IMG/VR virus record: IMGVR_UViG_3300025324_000012
Span: 1 to 61,718 of that record
Strand: one strand, 5' to 3'
Origin: a virus
Lineage: Duplodnaviria > Caudoviricetes
Length of the DNA: 61,718 nt
The position numbers and the translations under genes are program-made. The notes beneath the pieces were generated by a model. It saw only the letters and a list, made by a program, of their open reading frames with translations. It had not been told where the DNA came from and did not search any database. Every line of letters begins with the position of its first letter. Position 1 is the stretch's first letter. Positions 1 through 9,722 of the stretch are shown one piece after another.

Positions 1-99
1 AGGCAGGGAATAAACTCTTTGATGATTCGCTCAGATTCCAGTGGGCCAGCATTCATAAACAACTCCTCGCAGACGTTATGCTGTCCCTCCACCCTCCCC
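1..99. repeat. Terminal 99-bp direct repeat, copy 1 (circular assembly overlap)
   Basis: Identical to 61620-61718; an ORF reads through the junction. Confidence 0.95.
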
Positions 100-329
100 T
101 TGGCGACTAGCGCTTTGCAGTCTTCGCACAACTTGGGATCGTGGCACTTGGTTTCTTTCTGACCAGCCGCAAAGCCATCCCAATAACCTTGCTCGCGCCC
201 CTCAGCCTTGGCTGCGAGCAGGGCGTTGGTTAGCTGGCCTTTGAGGATGGGCCACTCTTGTGGGTCTGTAGGTTTAAGAGCCAACCATTCGATCAATCCC
301 TCCAGCAACTTCTGCGCTTCAGCTTCCAT
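1..329 (-). CDS. N-terminal part of a 253-aa hypothetical protein spanning the circular junction (continues in 61187..61711)
   Basis: ATG at 329 with GGAGG RBS; MEAEAQKLL...KGRVEGQHNV is in frame with the 61187..61711 ORF. Confidence 0.8.
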   Translation of the reverse strand, partial: MEAEAQKLLEGLIEWLALKPTDPQEWPILKGQLTNALLAAKAEGREQGYWDGFAAGQKETKCHDPKLCEDCKALVAKGRVEGQHNVCEELFMNAGPLESERIIKEFIPC

Positions 330-384
330 GGGAAGCCTCCTACAATGGCCTTCTTGGCGATCAGTCTTCGCTTTGTTAGTCATA

Positions 385-621
385 TTAAGCAAATGCCCTT
401 CTAGCAACAGTTTTGTCAATACAAGATTGACATTTTGGCTTAAGCCTTGTTGCTGATATTTCTGTCATTACGAACTGACCTTCACACATCCAACATAGAC
501 TGAATCTGCCAACCGCTAATTCAGATCGGACATAGTGTGTACATCCTGGTAGGACACACTTGTACACTACGAAGTTCTTGCCCATTGTTACTTTCTTATA
601 TTTATGTACGTGTTCGCTCAT
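385..621 (-). CDS. Small Cys-rich (putative Zn-binding) protein
   Basis: CxxxxC, CxxC and CxxC motifs; coupled to the upstream ORF. Confidence 0.65.
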   Translation of the reverse strand: MSEHVHKYKKVTMGKNFVVYKCVLPGCTHYVRSELAVGRFSLCWMCEGQFVMTEISATRLKPKCQSCIDKTVARRAFA

Positions 622-812
622 TATCTCTCCTTGCCAATCGAGGACCTATCATCTTCAGCACGTCGGATTATTAGTTGACATTCTTCTCTTAATCTAGATT
701 CCAGCCAATCTTGTTCTTCTAACCAGCGCACGTAAGATATTGGCACGTCCTCAATATCTTCACCCTTGTACTTGCCAAATGTAAGTTTCATAGACGTCTC
801 CCAACATCCCAC
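621..812 (-). CDS. DUF3820-like small protein (probable start MKLTFG at 791)
   Basis: LTFGKYKGEDIEDVPISYVRWL signature. Confidence 0.75.
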   Translation of the reverse strand: MGCWETSMKLTFGKYKGEDIEDVPISYVRWLEEQDWLESRLREECQLIIRRAEDDRSSIGKER

Positions 813-1627
813 GGTTCTCTTACTTTATAATCCCTTTCAATTTTATACTCCCTAAAGTCTGGTGTAGAAGTGCATATTGGTAAAAACGCACACCCACCAA
901 ATTTAGAGCATGATGATAAATTCATTGGCCAATCTTCTGCTTCAAGATGATATATAAGCCATTTTATCCAGTAAATACTATTATTAACCCATTCATCGAT
1001 ACGCGACTGCTCATAGGTCAATAAATGTCGAATGAACCTTTCATGTGGCTTCATTGACTTCTGAAAGCCAACTTCATTCTTGATTAGTCTTTGGCATCCT
1101 GTCATCCAGCAATAACCTAAGAATTGGTTGGATAAGTCAATCAGCATTCCCTTACGTTTAGCTGATTTGTGATCTACTATGCACAATCCTTCTGGCAAGG
1201 TCATGCCAGAAATGCAGATACCTAGGTCGATTACTCCCTGATAGATGAAAATGAATTGCTCATTTTCAAATAATACTTTCGTGGCAACACGTTCTATCAT
1301 TGGTTGGCCATTGACTTCTATGGCCTCCCATCTATCAGAAGCATAATGTTCTGCGTAGTCTCGGAGATTATTGTGTACAATCTCGACGTCTTCACCACTT
1401 AAATTCAGCGTGGCTGATTCCTCCCACGTTGATTTGATTGCGGCTTCAATGTCTTTGTCGTTTTGGTAGTATTTCGCCAGGATTGAATGGACTAAAGTGC
1501 CGCGCTCCAGATCATCTTTAGTCTGCTGTGTGGTAATATGCTGAACAAACGCGTAGTTGTACATGCGAGGGCATAGTTGGATGCCTTCAAGCATCTGACT
1601 GTCTACGGTAATTACCCTTTTTTCCAT
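788..1627 (-). CDS. PD-(D/E)XK Cas4/RecB-like exonuclease
   Basis: CPR...GTLVH, GVIDL, IVDHKS, Q..GY and C-terminal CxxxxxCxxxxxC motifs. Confidence 0.85.
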   Translation of the reverse strand: MEKRVITVDSQMLEGIQLCPRMYNYAFVQHITTQQTKDDLERGTLVHSILAKYYQNDKDIEAAIKSTWEESATLNLSGEDVEIVHNNLRDYAEHYASDRWEAIEVNGQPMIERVATKVLFENEQFIFIYQGVIDLGICISGMTLPEGLCIVDHKSAKRKGMLIDLSNQFLGYCWMTGCQRLIKNEVGFQKSMKPHERFIRHLLTYEQSRIDEWVNNSIYWIKWLIYHLEAEDWPMNLSSCSKFGGCAFLPICTSTPDFREYKIERDYKVREPWDVGRRL

Positions 1628-1631
1628 TATT

Positions 1632-2309
1632 CTACTTGCTACCCAAAAAATCTTTTGTCTTTAATTTCACGATTAGCCTATGACCCTTCTTGTCGAATAG
1701 TGCTTCGACGGGGCGACCAACCATTCCTTCCATTTGGCATCGGCCTTCGGCCAGAACAGAAGGAATTCCGTGGCGGACCTTTTCAGTTGCGTCTTCAAGG
1801 GTCATTTCCCCTAAGAATGGGACGACCGGAATCCCCAACTTGGAAGCCACATCATTGACTGAATCTTGATTCAACCACCACTTACCTACCAGTATGTCAA
1901 ACAGGATGAAGCGCTTCTCTTGGGAGTAGTTTCCGCCTTTCTGAATACCTGCGCCGTACCCTTCCCCGTAGAGAACTACGAATCCATCAATGGGTTCAAA
2001 ACACGCCGCTAGTTTCTCGGGTGTGAACGTGTCGGTGAGGTAGCGGAAAAGATCGGCATGCAACTGGGCATTGTCAGTCTTTCCACCGAACGTCACCTTT
2101 GAGCCATCCCAGATGACGCGGACATTGGTTCCGTCAACCTTCTCCGTCCAGTGCCACGTCTTGATGCAACCGTAGACGCGGTTCTTCAGGATCAACTCGG
2201 GCTTAATCCGATGCGTCTTGTCGTCGCGCTCATAAAGTGTTTCGATCTTGTGATACTCAGAAGTCGTTTGTAGAGCAGTTTGGACTAAACTCATTTTTAA
2301 CTCTCCCAA
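1632..2309 (-). CDS. ATP-dependent RNA ligase (Rnl2-like nucleotidyltransferase)
   Basis: Motif I EKVDGTN, YGE, FDI, EGMV and KLK motif V. Confidence 0.88.
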   Translation of the reverse strand: MGELKMSLVQTALQTTSEYHKIETLYERDDKTHRIKPELILKNRVYGCIKTWHWTEKVDGTNVRVIWDGSKVTFGGKTDNAQLHADLFRYLTDTFTPEKLAACFEPIDGFVVLYGEGYGAGIQKGGNYSQEKRFILFDILVGKWWLNQDSVNDVASKLGIPVVPFLGEMTLEDATEKVRHGIPSVLAEGRCQMEGMVGRPVEALFDKKGHRLIVKLKTKDFLGSK

Positions 2310-2457
2310 CCAACTTGCAATTTAGATATCTGCTTTTCGCTTTTCAAAAGCAGCCAACCACTAAATTTGTTCGTGGCAAGAACAATTATTAGGCTCAAAC
2401 AGAATAGCCATGTGAATGCCCCTCTCCACGCTTGATTCCATAACCCTGAAATTGTCA

Positions 2458-2670
2458 TTAAATCTGCCTCAAAGAGAAGTTGCCGCCGTGTTTCTTCACG
2501 TAGTCCTCACCTTCACACTTGGCTGAGTCTGCCAAGAAATGCTCTTTGCTTAATAAGACTTTACGTGAAATGGGAGTGGCTTGCCAGTATACCTGCCAGA
2601 TGTTAGAAGTCAATTCTCTTCCAACTTTTCTAGTTAAGTAATGTCTGCGCCCGTATACTATAGGTTCCAT
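2458..2670 (-). CDS. Hypothetical protein
   Basis: ORF coupled within the minus-strand operon, with RBS. Confidence 0.6.
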   Translation of the reverse strand: MEPIVYGRRHYLTRKVGRELTSNIWQVYWQATPISRKVLLSKEHFLADSAKCEGEDYVKKHGGNFSLRQI

Positions 2671-2957
2671 TATTGTTCTCCCAGAACTTCTTTCAGAAAT
2701 GGGACGACTGGAAGCAATTTTTCAATTTCTACTATCAAAAGTAATTTCAGACGTCTGTCGTCAGGCCGACGAAATTTTTCTAATTCTCGTGGGGAGTAAC
2801 AAACTCCAGCCGCAGAGAACATTCCATTTGATATTAACATTACTGGCAGGTACCCTTTTGGAATATCTTCCCATTTTGTGTTTATTGGGGCTGTTATGCC
2901 TTCTCTGTGTAGAAAGACTTCTTTTTCTTCATTTGGTGGGTTTATGTAGTATCCCAT
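2670..2957 (-). CDS. Hypothetical protein
   Basis: Stop/start overlaps on both sides. Confidence 0.7.
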   Translation of the reverse strand: MGYYINPPNEEKEVFLHREGITAPINTKWEDIPKGYLPVMLISNGMFSAAGVCYSPRELEKFRRPDDRRLKLLLIVEIEKLLPVVPFLKEVLGEQ

Positions 2958-3082
2958 TATTTCTCCCTCTCAATACGTTTAGGAGTAACAGGCACGCGGA
3001 CGGGGTTCCGCGTGGGAAATGGAATTGATACCGGTTGAGGCTTCGGTACCTCTATGATTCGTAGTGGTTTGCCTACTTCCAT
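2957..3082 (-). CDS. 41-aa Pro-rich peptide MEVGKPLRIIEVPKPQP...
   Basis: Own translation; GGAG RBS and TAATG coupling at both ends. Confidence 0.6.
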   Translation of the reverse strand: MEVGKPLRIIEVPKPQPVSIPFPTRNPVRVPVTPKRIEREK

Positions 3083-3534
3083 TATTTGACTCCTTGTTGT
3101 TGATAATGCTTAACCCAATCAGAAGCAGACATTGCTTTTAGTTTCTTTTTGGGTGGGGCTTCTAGCACTACATAAGGATACTTGCTGGGCGAAATCATCC
3201 CAGCTAACATCTTTTCTGTAAGAAATACCCTAAGAACCTTGAAGTATTGGGCACGCCCACCATATTCACACTCTATAATCTTACCGTATAGAGCTAACTC
3301 AAATGCTGCCTTATCTCTGAAGTTCCCTGACCAATACTCAATCAGTTTGTCTTGGGAGGATGTGTAGTAATATCCACAACTGCATTTTAGTTCTGGTGGT
3401 TCGTGTTCTTCTGGGAGTTTATAATAGCAAGAAGCAGGCTCATCTTCTCTAACCCCACCCGTACAAGAATAGATATTCCAATCCTCGTCCAATTCCCAAA
3501 TCTTATAGCCTATTACCTGTGGTGTCTCTATCAT
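3082..3534 (-). CDS. Phage hypothetical protein with C...H...CxCG metal-binding motif
   Basis: GYKIW...C...HEPP...CSCGYY...GKIIE...RA pattern. Confidence 0.7.
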   Translation of the reverse strand: MIETPQVIGYKIWELDEDWNIYSCTGGVREDEPASCYYKLPEEHEPPELKCSCGYYYTSSQDKLIEYWSGNFRDKAAFELALYGKIIECEYGGRAQYFKVLRVFLTEKMLAGMISPSKYPYVVLEAPPKKKLKAMSASDWVKHYQQQGVK

Positions 3535-3679
3535 TTGGTTTCAAGGTTTGGCTGCGCGGCTAAGTTTAGTTGTGCGGCTAACTGTTTAGCCTGAAGCTCT
3601 GTGAATGGAACTTGAATATAGTCATAACCATCTGCCACTAGCCAGTATGATTGACCAATGAATTTAACTGCTTGATATC

Positions 3680-5251
3680 TTAAAGATGCCACTTAGCACC
3701 ACCCTTCGCTAGTAGTATTTGAGCTAGTTCTTTTATCACACTACTTTCTTCCCAATCACTCGCTACACCATCGAGTGCCGTACCAGTAATAGATCGTTTC
3801 TTCTCGACTAATTCTGCAAAAAACTCATCAATGGTCCCTACTGCGATAAAGTATGTGGCTACAGTCTTGGCCACTTTTTGGCCTAAGCGAGCCAAACGTG
3901 CCTCTGCATTTTCTTCTTTCTTAGGATTCCATTGACGTTCTAGGATTATCGACTCAGAACATACTTCCTGTAAGCCGTCTAATCCCTCACCTCCAGCAAG
4001 CGTCGAAGCGATCATGAATCGTGATCGTTCGTTCTTAATGAAGTCTTGGACTACACCATCCCTCTCGCTCATGCTTAACTGTGCTGAGAGTTCAGTACAC
4101 TTGTCGTAGCCTAGCTTAACCAGCATTTCATTAAGTCTAGCTACTAGAAGTTTGGCTACGTCAAGATGATGCAGGAAAATTACTAGCTTCCTGCTGCCAT
4201 TTGAGGAAAGAAACTCTTCACAAAATTCCACACAAGGATCAATCTTTGCCAAACCAGTGATATGACGTAGTTTGGTCATCTTTACTAAGATGGTATTATA
4301 ACGCTCAAATGATGAACCTTCATTTGAGTTCATAGCTTCAGCAAATGCCTGGAACTCCTTCACGTAAGCTGCTTCTACCTGACCACCCAAATCACAGTAT
4401 TGGTAGTTCCTACTGACTGTTGGGAAATCGTCCATTACGTCTTCAGGACTGCGCCGTATGATGAACGACGCTGTTTTTTTCTTGAATCCCTCAGGATCTC
4501 TTAACCCACCAGATTTGTAGGAATATCCATTCCAATAGTAGTCAACGTCGCGCTGAATGTATCCTGCTTCAGTTGGGAACATATCAGGGCGTATCATATT
4601 CAATATTGGAAAGTATTCGATAGTATTGTTCTCAATTGGCGCGCCACTTAGTCCCAATAAATGAGGAGCCTTGCTAACTAGTTTCCTTACGCGGCCTGTA
4701 CGTTGGGACGCGGTGTTCTTAATCTGCTGGCATTCGTCTAGAATGATCGTCTTGATTCCTAGACGTTCCACCAGATCAAAATCAAATCTTCTTAATCTGT
4801 CGTAGGACACTACGTAGGCCTCGAATCCTTCTAGGACGTCTTTACTGTCGGTAATTACGATAGGAGTTAGACCTGTCCAACGCCAAATCTGGCGCGCCCA
4901 TTGTGTCAAGATCATTGACTTAGCCACGACGATAAACGGCCTAGCTTCTGCGTGAATTTTCATTACTGCCAGGGCTTCTATCGTCTTACCAAGGCCAAAT
5001 CTGTCGGCACAGATTACACGAATGTTACCTGTCTCCGCAAACAAGGCAAAATCCACTTGGTAAGGATATAAACTTTTATTATCGGTGGACCTAATATCTT
5101 CGTATGCTTTACGCGGAGACTCTTCCACGTACTCTGTGACCATTATATGCCCACAGGTTAAGACTAACGCACGCTTACGTCCCAAACGAGACTCTGCTTG
5201 GACGTCTGCGTGTTTCTTGCAGGCTGGGCAGGTTAGTTTAATTGCTGGCAT
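3680..5251 (-). CDS. SNF2-family helicase with N-terminal Zn ribbon
   Basis: DRFGLGKT, ILDECQ, SGAP, GEGL and WNP...ARLARLGQ motifs. Confidence 0.92.
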   Translation of the reverse strand: MPAIKLTCPACKKHADVQAESRLGRKRALVLTCGHIMVTEYVEESPRKAYEDIRSTDNKSLYPYQVDFALFAETGNIRVICADRFGLGKTIEALAVMKIHAEARPFIVVAKSMILTQWARQIWRWTGLTPIVITDSKDVLEGFEAYVVSYDRLRRFDFDLVERLGIKTIILDECQQIKNTASQRTGRVRKLVSKAPHLLGLSGAPIENNTIEYFPILNMIRPDMFPTEAGYIQRDVDYYWNGYSYKSGGLRDPEGFKKKTASFIIRRSPEDVMDDFPTVSRNYQYCDLGGQVEAAYVKEFQAFAEAMNSNEGSSFERYNTILVKMTKLRHITGLAKIDPCVEFCEEFLSSNGSRKLVIFLHHLDVAKLLVARLNEMLVKLGYDKCTELSAQLSMSERDGVVQDFIKNERSRFMIASTLAGGEGLDGLQEVCSESIILERQWNPKKEENAEARLARLGQKVAKTVATYFIAVGTIDEFFAELVEKKRSITGTALDGVASDWEESSVIKELAQILLAKGGAKWHL

Positions 5252-5432
5252 TTTACTTAATTAACTCCCGAAATGGGAAGACCACGTTCTATTCTTCCTT
5301 GCTTTATCAGTTCAAAGGCTTCCTCGTGGGTAAGACATAATGCAAGCTGCAAGGCGTCAGCAGCTATGTCCATTTGATTCTTGATCTCTTTTGGGTTTGT
5401 TAGAACAAGTTCGTTCTTTGTAAGTTCTTTAA

Positions 5433-7094
5433 TCATTTTTTCTTCCTGTCTTCAAGTAACTTCTGCCAGGCAACTTCTGCTCTAGCTCTATCATAATCGT
5501 GAGCGAGCATCATGGCCTGAATACCTTTTTCATTCTTATCGGCAGCAGTAATTTCTTTCTTCTCTCTTGCTTTCTTGATCTTTTCACTACTGATAAGAGA
5601 CCCAACCTCTTTCCACTCCTGCCGCATACGTTGTTTCTCATCGTCGTCTAATGCGTCAAACCGCGCCGCACGTGCTTTCCTAGTACCTTTACTGCGCCCA
5701 ATGTATTCTGTGGCTAATGCATCCATTTCTTTGATGCGAGCCTCAATTTCTTCATCACTGAGGTTCTTACAGTAATTTTCTTCCTCAACAATGAAAAATA
5801 ATTGATTCTTGTCTAGGATGGGAGCGTTCATCATTTTCTGCTCAGAACGATGAGTCTCTAATCTCATAAACTCGTCCCTTACTTCTTGTCTAATTCGTTC
5901 GCAGGACGAACAAATGGCCTCTTCGGTTGTGAAAATCGCACAACCATGTAAAACATCTACATCCTTTGGAACGAGATTATGCGTCCAAGTCTTGTAGCAT
6001 TTAGGACATTTATGATAGCACTTTGGAGATTTTCTCAAATCCCCAACTACTGTCATAACACGTCCTATGCCACAAAATTCGCATCGGGGAACAGGACCAG
6101 CACCGTCTTCGTCTACGTAGGCGGACCATGGAATTTCTCCTATGAACTCATGGGAGCAGTGGTTACAGATTCTCTTGGCATTGCTTGCTATTGAGCTTTT
6201 TTCACTAGGTGAGCTTTCACCCACTTCCGAGCCTGTTTGTCTGTCATGTCGAATGCATTCTTTGTTGCTTCCACTACTTTCTGGTGTTTCGTCTTCTTTT
6301 TCTTGGCTTTCATTTGATTCTCCTTTGGGAGTAGAGGCATCAACTAAACCCTTAATATGGCCAAACATTCTTGGGTGTTTTTCAGACAACTCTAGTTGAG
6401 CATCGTCAAACGCAGCAATCCGCGCTGTTGAATCTAAACCTAACTCCTCATTAGACTGGGGACAGTCTGGCCCTGTGTTGGCAATAAGAGGAGTTAGGAT
6501 AGATTCTTCTGTTGGATTAACAGAACTTAAAATTGACGGTGACTCAACCTCAACTACCCTGGAGGGTATAGGGAGGGAGTCACCGTCAGTCTCCTGAGGT
6601 TGGACAGGAGACTCCTTTGCTGCTAGTGCAGCAGCAATTTCATCAAATGATTCATGGTGGAATGTTTTGCTTAATTCAGAAGTAAGGGATTCTGCTCCTT
6701 CTGGGTTGACGCCTTGGGCGCTTACGCTAGCACTATCACACAAGCGTGAATCATCTAATCCAGAAGTGGAAGATTCACTTTCTTTTTGTTCTCCTTGTGG
6801 GAGATTAACAGAATCCCTTGATTCCCCCTCTTTATGAACTTCCATATTATCTATAATAAGTGAGGAGGAATCAAGCGATTCTGATTCTACTTCAGGCGAC
6901 AAAGAATTGGGCATATTGGCGTCTATCGGCCCTACTTCAGTTTCTGACGGAATAGGGTGATAATCTGAGGTTGGTTCTTGAAGCCTGACTTCTGATTCAA
7001 GCAGAGCAATCTCATATTTGAGACGCTGATATGTAGCAGTATCACGTCTTAAGGCTGCCCTGCTCATTTCTCGTCTTTTTTCGTCGATTGTCAT
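5433..7094 (-). CDS. Hypothetical protein: acidic Ser-rich N-half, four CxxC motifs, charged helical C-terminus
   Basis: 553-aa ORF; CNHC, CEFC, CPKC, CSSC. Confidence 0.75.
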   Translation of the reverse strand: MTIDEKRREMSRAALRRDTATYQRLKYEIALLESEVRLQEPTSDYHPIPSETEVGPIDANMPNSLSPEVESESLDSSSLIIDNMEVHKEGESRDSVNLPQGEQKESESSTSGLDDSRLCDSASVSAQGVNPEGAESLTSELSKTFHHESFDEIAAALAAKESPVQPQETDGDSLPIPSRVVEVESPSILSSVNPTEESILTPLIANTGPDCPQSNEELGLDSTARIAAFDDAQLELSEKHPRMFGHIKGLVDASTPKGESNESQEKEDETPESSGSNKECIRHDRQTGSEVGESSPSEKSSIASNAKRICNHCSHEFIGEIPWSAYVDEDGAGPVPRCEFCGIGRVMTVVGDLRKSPKCYHKCPKCYKTWTHNLVPKDVDVLHGCAIFTTEEAICSSCERIRQEVRDEFMRLETHRSEQKMMNAPILDKNQLFFIVEEENYCKNLSDEEIEARIKEMDALATEYIGRSKGTRKARAARFDALDDDEKQRMRQEWKEVGSLISSEKIKKAREKKEITAADKNEKGIQAMMLAHDYDRARAEVAWQKLLEDRKKK

Positions 7095-7121
7095 TTTCCA
7101 ACCTTTCCAACCTTTCCAACC
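7095..7121. repeat. 3 x 9-bp tandem repeat (tttccaacc)
   Basis: Read directly; abuts the ATG of 5433..7094. Confidence 0.85.
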
Positions 7122-7203
7122 AGAATTCTTCTTTGTTACTATCTAGAACAAAGAGTTTACTTCTGAGCTTTCCTTACCTTCTAGGGTTGCCCGCAGGAAA
7201 CCA

Positions 7204-7953
7204 CTAAGAGATAGTGGTAAGTTGTAAGATTTTTTTCGCTGTATAGACAAACATTCTTTTATTATATGGGTCTCTTTTAATTGAGCTATCCTCATAATCT
7301 ATTCTTAATTCTACTTCTCTAAATTCAAACAAACTCTCTTGTCCTTCACCACAAAGAGTAAACACTTTTATTTTTGATTTGAGGGGTTCCTGGATCATTT
7401 GGTGGGAGAGAATCCCATTCCCATAAGCCCTAAAAAGACCTAGAACATCTTCTCCATTCTTGTCTTTCAAGAGCTTAACTAGGCAACGAGACATCATTTG
7501 TCCCCCTCTATCAGGAACAAAAATGATGGCTAGATTTGGGTCGGCACAGTGTTGTGGTATATCATCCTTAAAACAACCAGCACTAAGATTCTTACAGGTT
7601 GTAAAATGTTTACTCATACTCATTCTAGCTATGTCACTTGCTTTACAGCTAAAAATGAGTCTTCTCTCACCAAGATTCTCCAAGAATTTCGCTATTCGAT
7701 CTAAAGAGAATCTTAGGTTTTGGAGAGATTTACTCAACTTAGATCCTGAGGGGATGTACTTTGTATATCTTGTCTTGTCATCCCAGAGGGTTTGAGCAGA
7801 GTTGAGTAGTTCTTCATCATCTCCCCAATAACTAGAGATGGAGTAAGATCCTTCAAGAGAACGGAGAATTGGATTGCGATGATTAAACTGAATTCTTTTG
7901 TAAAGGCCGTGTTTGCTTAGAAGTTTCTTCACTCTAGCAAAATTGCTTCGCAA
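7204..7953 (-). CDS. Hypothetical phage protein
   Basis: 249-aa ORF with AAAGGAG RBS before TTG. Confidence 0.7.
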   Translation of the reverse strand: MRSNFARVKKLLSKHGLYKRIQFNHRNPILRSLEGSYSISSYWGDDEELLNSAQTLWDDKTRYTKYIPSGSKLSKSLQNLRFSLDRIAKFLENLGERRLIFSCKASDIARMSMSKHFTTCKNLSAGCFKDDIPQHCADPNLAIIFVPDRGGQMMSRCLVKLLKDKNGEDVLGLFRAYGNGILSHQMIQEPLKSKIKVFTLCGEGQESLFEFREVELRIDYEDSSIKRDPYNKRMFVYTAKKILQLTTIS

Positions 7954-7996
7954 TTTCTTTCTCCTTTCTTGCCAATGATTCTCTCAACGTCTGTTT

Positions 7997-8287
7997 TCAC
8001 AGGCTCTCCCTTATAAGCAGAGCGAGTTCTTTAGCTAGCGCTTCCGTGCTAAAGGTGGTTGTGCTCTGAAAAGTGATTTTAGCTCCATCAGGGAGTCTTA
8101 CGTCCATTTCAATCACGTAAATGTTGTCACCTTTGCGGTAGTAAGATGCCACCGCAGAAATGATCGTTTTCGGTTTAGTCATTTTGCCTTCTTTTGTTTG
8201 ATAACTCAATGCGCCCACTACTTTCACAGTTTCACTACTTTCTAAGGTAGTCATACTTGTGTGGTTTTCGTATGTGGGCGGATTCAA
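7997..8287 (-). CDS. Hypothetical protein (true start uncertain, possibly 8182)
   Basis: ORF track; on the coding strand of this arm. Confidence 0.5.
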   Translation of the reverse strand: MNPPTYENHTSMTTLESSETVKVVGALSYQTKEGKMTKPKTIISAVASYYRKGDNIYVIEMDVRLPDGAKITFQSTTTFSTEALAKELALLIRESL

Positions 8288-8312
8288 TTATCAAATTAGT
8301 CAGTATAAATCA

Positions 8313-8445
8313 AACCTGCAACCACTTGGAGACCTGACTCTTTTCGATGGGCAAGCTGGTGAGTCCAGTTGCAACTGGCTTCCGAGGCCTCTACCATCAT
8401 AAAGAACTACAATCCAAGAGTCAGATCTCCAAGTCGTTCCAGGTT
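8313..8445 (-). ncRNA. Candidate structured RNA A: 30-bp closing stem with branched interior
   Basis: Arms 8313-8342 and 8416-8445 with 3 non-Watson-Crick positions (one G-U, two G.G on the minus strand); intergenic. Confidence 0.55.
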
Positions 8446-8580
8446 ATCCCCCTTGTCTCAGGAGAATTTCATTCGGGGCAATTCCATCCGAAATCTGGCT
8501 TCATTCCATCCCATAGCTTGCCTGATTCCGGCCAAAGAATTGTTCTAAACTGTTCATTTTCTTCAACTAAGCGCGAACCT

Positions 8581-8634
8581 ATCCTAACATGGGGATAGGG
8601 ACCTTGTCAATATGTAAGATTTACATAGTGACAA
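8581..8634 (-). promoter_or_regulatory. Sigma70-like promoter with overlapping operator-like inverted repeat
   Basis: TTGACA-N18-TAGGAT with extended -10 TG; 14-bp inverted repeat 8604-8617/8621-8634 (1 mismatch). Confidence 0.6.
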
Positions 8635-8699
8635 TTTGTGTCAATATATGATAAATGGTAGTTTCCCATAAATCATAGGCTGACATAAAGTGTCAATTG

Positions 8700-8940
8700 T
8701 TTTTCATATAGAGATAGCTGTAAGTTATTGATAATAATATACATATAATATATATATATAATAATATATATATAAATATATATATATAAAACACTTAACT
8801 CATCCGAACATTAAGGGTTAGTACTACTAACTCGGTACTAGAGGGTAAACAGGGAAAAGTTACCATGTACATTTTACCATTTCCTAGCCTGCCCATACCC
8901 TTACTCCCCTACCTTTCCCCTAACCTATTGATTCTGTTAT
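8700..8940. other. AT-dinucleotide tract flanked by IHF-consensus sites; candidate replication origin
   Basis: 8731-8790 is almost pure A/T; TAAnnnnTTGATW at 8721-8733 and 8921-8933. Confidence 0.5.
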
Positions 8941-9024
8941 ACTTAAGCATCATAAGTACGTAGGAAACAAGCCAGAACAGTATCAGAATAGGGTCAGATT
9001 CAAGTAGGAAACGGAACGAATTAA

Positions 9025-9186
9025 TTAACCCTGGGGAAATATCTTGACCGTCAAAATAGGATTCTGGAAAGTGTCTAGTTCAGCGACAATGACGATTCGT
9101 CTTCCCTCAATTTCCAGGACAAGACAAGTGTCGTCTTGACTCACTACCTCAACGTCATTGTCCAGGAAAATGGATTCGAGTGTCAT
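9025..9186 (-). CDS. 53-aa hypothetical protein MTLESIFLDND...
   Basis: Own translation; weak RBS. Confidence 0.45.
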   Translation of the reverse strand: MTLESIFLDNDVEVVSQDDTCLVLEIEGRRIVIVAELDTFQNPILTVKIFPQG

Positions 9187-9198
9187 TTTAATTCACAG

Positions 9199-9226
9199 AA
9201 AAGAGGGTTTAACCTAATCCACCCTC
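9199..9226 (-). terminator. Intrinsic terminator after 9244..9663
   Basis: GAGGGT...ACCCTC hairpin followed by TTTT on the minus strand. Confidence 0.5.
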
Positions 9227-9243
9227 AAAGGTGCTTTCCGTCG

Positions 9244-9663
9244 TTAGACGGCCAGTCCGCGATCAGTACGACCCTTGACAACGATCTCCCGTGCTTCGGA
9301 CTCGGAGATTCCTAAAGCCACAGCAAGTGCTCGCGAGGCTTTGTCAATCTGCTTGCCAGGACCCTCTACTTGTGCCTCAAGTGTGCCGGCAAGTGCTGAC
9401 CGTATCCCCAGGTCGTGGGAAGAATTGACATGCTGACAGAGAACCTCCTCTGTTTCATACTTCTTTGCTTCCGTTGACCAGTTTGCTGCTACTGCCGTGA
9501 AAATGGCAATAGCGTGGTCGAGGGTTTCGGCGTTATTCCGCTTGAAAGGCATAATGTAATCTACGCCTCCGACGGTACGCTTGAGTTCCTTCTCAACCAC
9601 TGGTGCGTCAGTTGTAACAGTCTTGTCTACCGTAGGTAGACGAGTTGCTTGTGTTTCAGCCAT
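9244..9663 (-). CDS. Hypothetical early protein
   Basis: Strong AAAGGAGG RBS. Confidence 0.8.
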   Translation of the reverse strand: MAETQATRLPTVDKTVTTDAPVVEKELKRTVGGVDYIMPFKRNNAETLDHAIAIFTAVAANWSTEAKKYETEEVLCQHVNSSHDLGIRSALAGTLEAQVEGPGKQIDKASRALAVALGISESEAREIVVKGRTDRGLAV

Positions 9664-9722
9664 TTATTCCTCCTTTCATCTCATATAAGTAAATTGACGT
9701 TTTGAGATACGTCAAAGTGTTC

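Noticed and set aside
788-1627. CRISPR adaptation Cas4
   Set aside because: No cas1/cas2 or array; it fits the Sak4-SSB-exonuclease recombination module.
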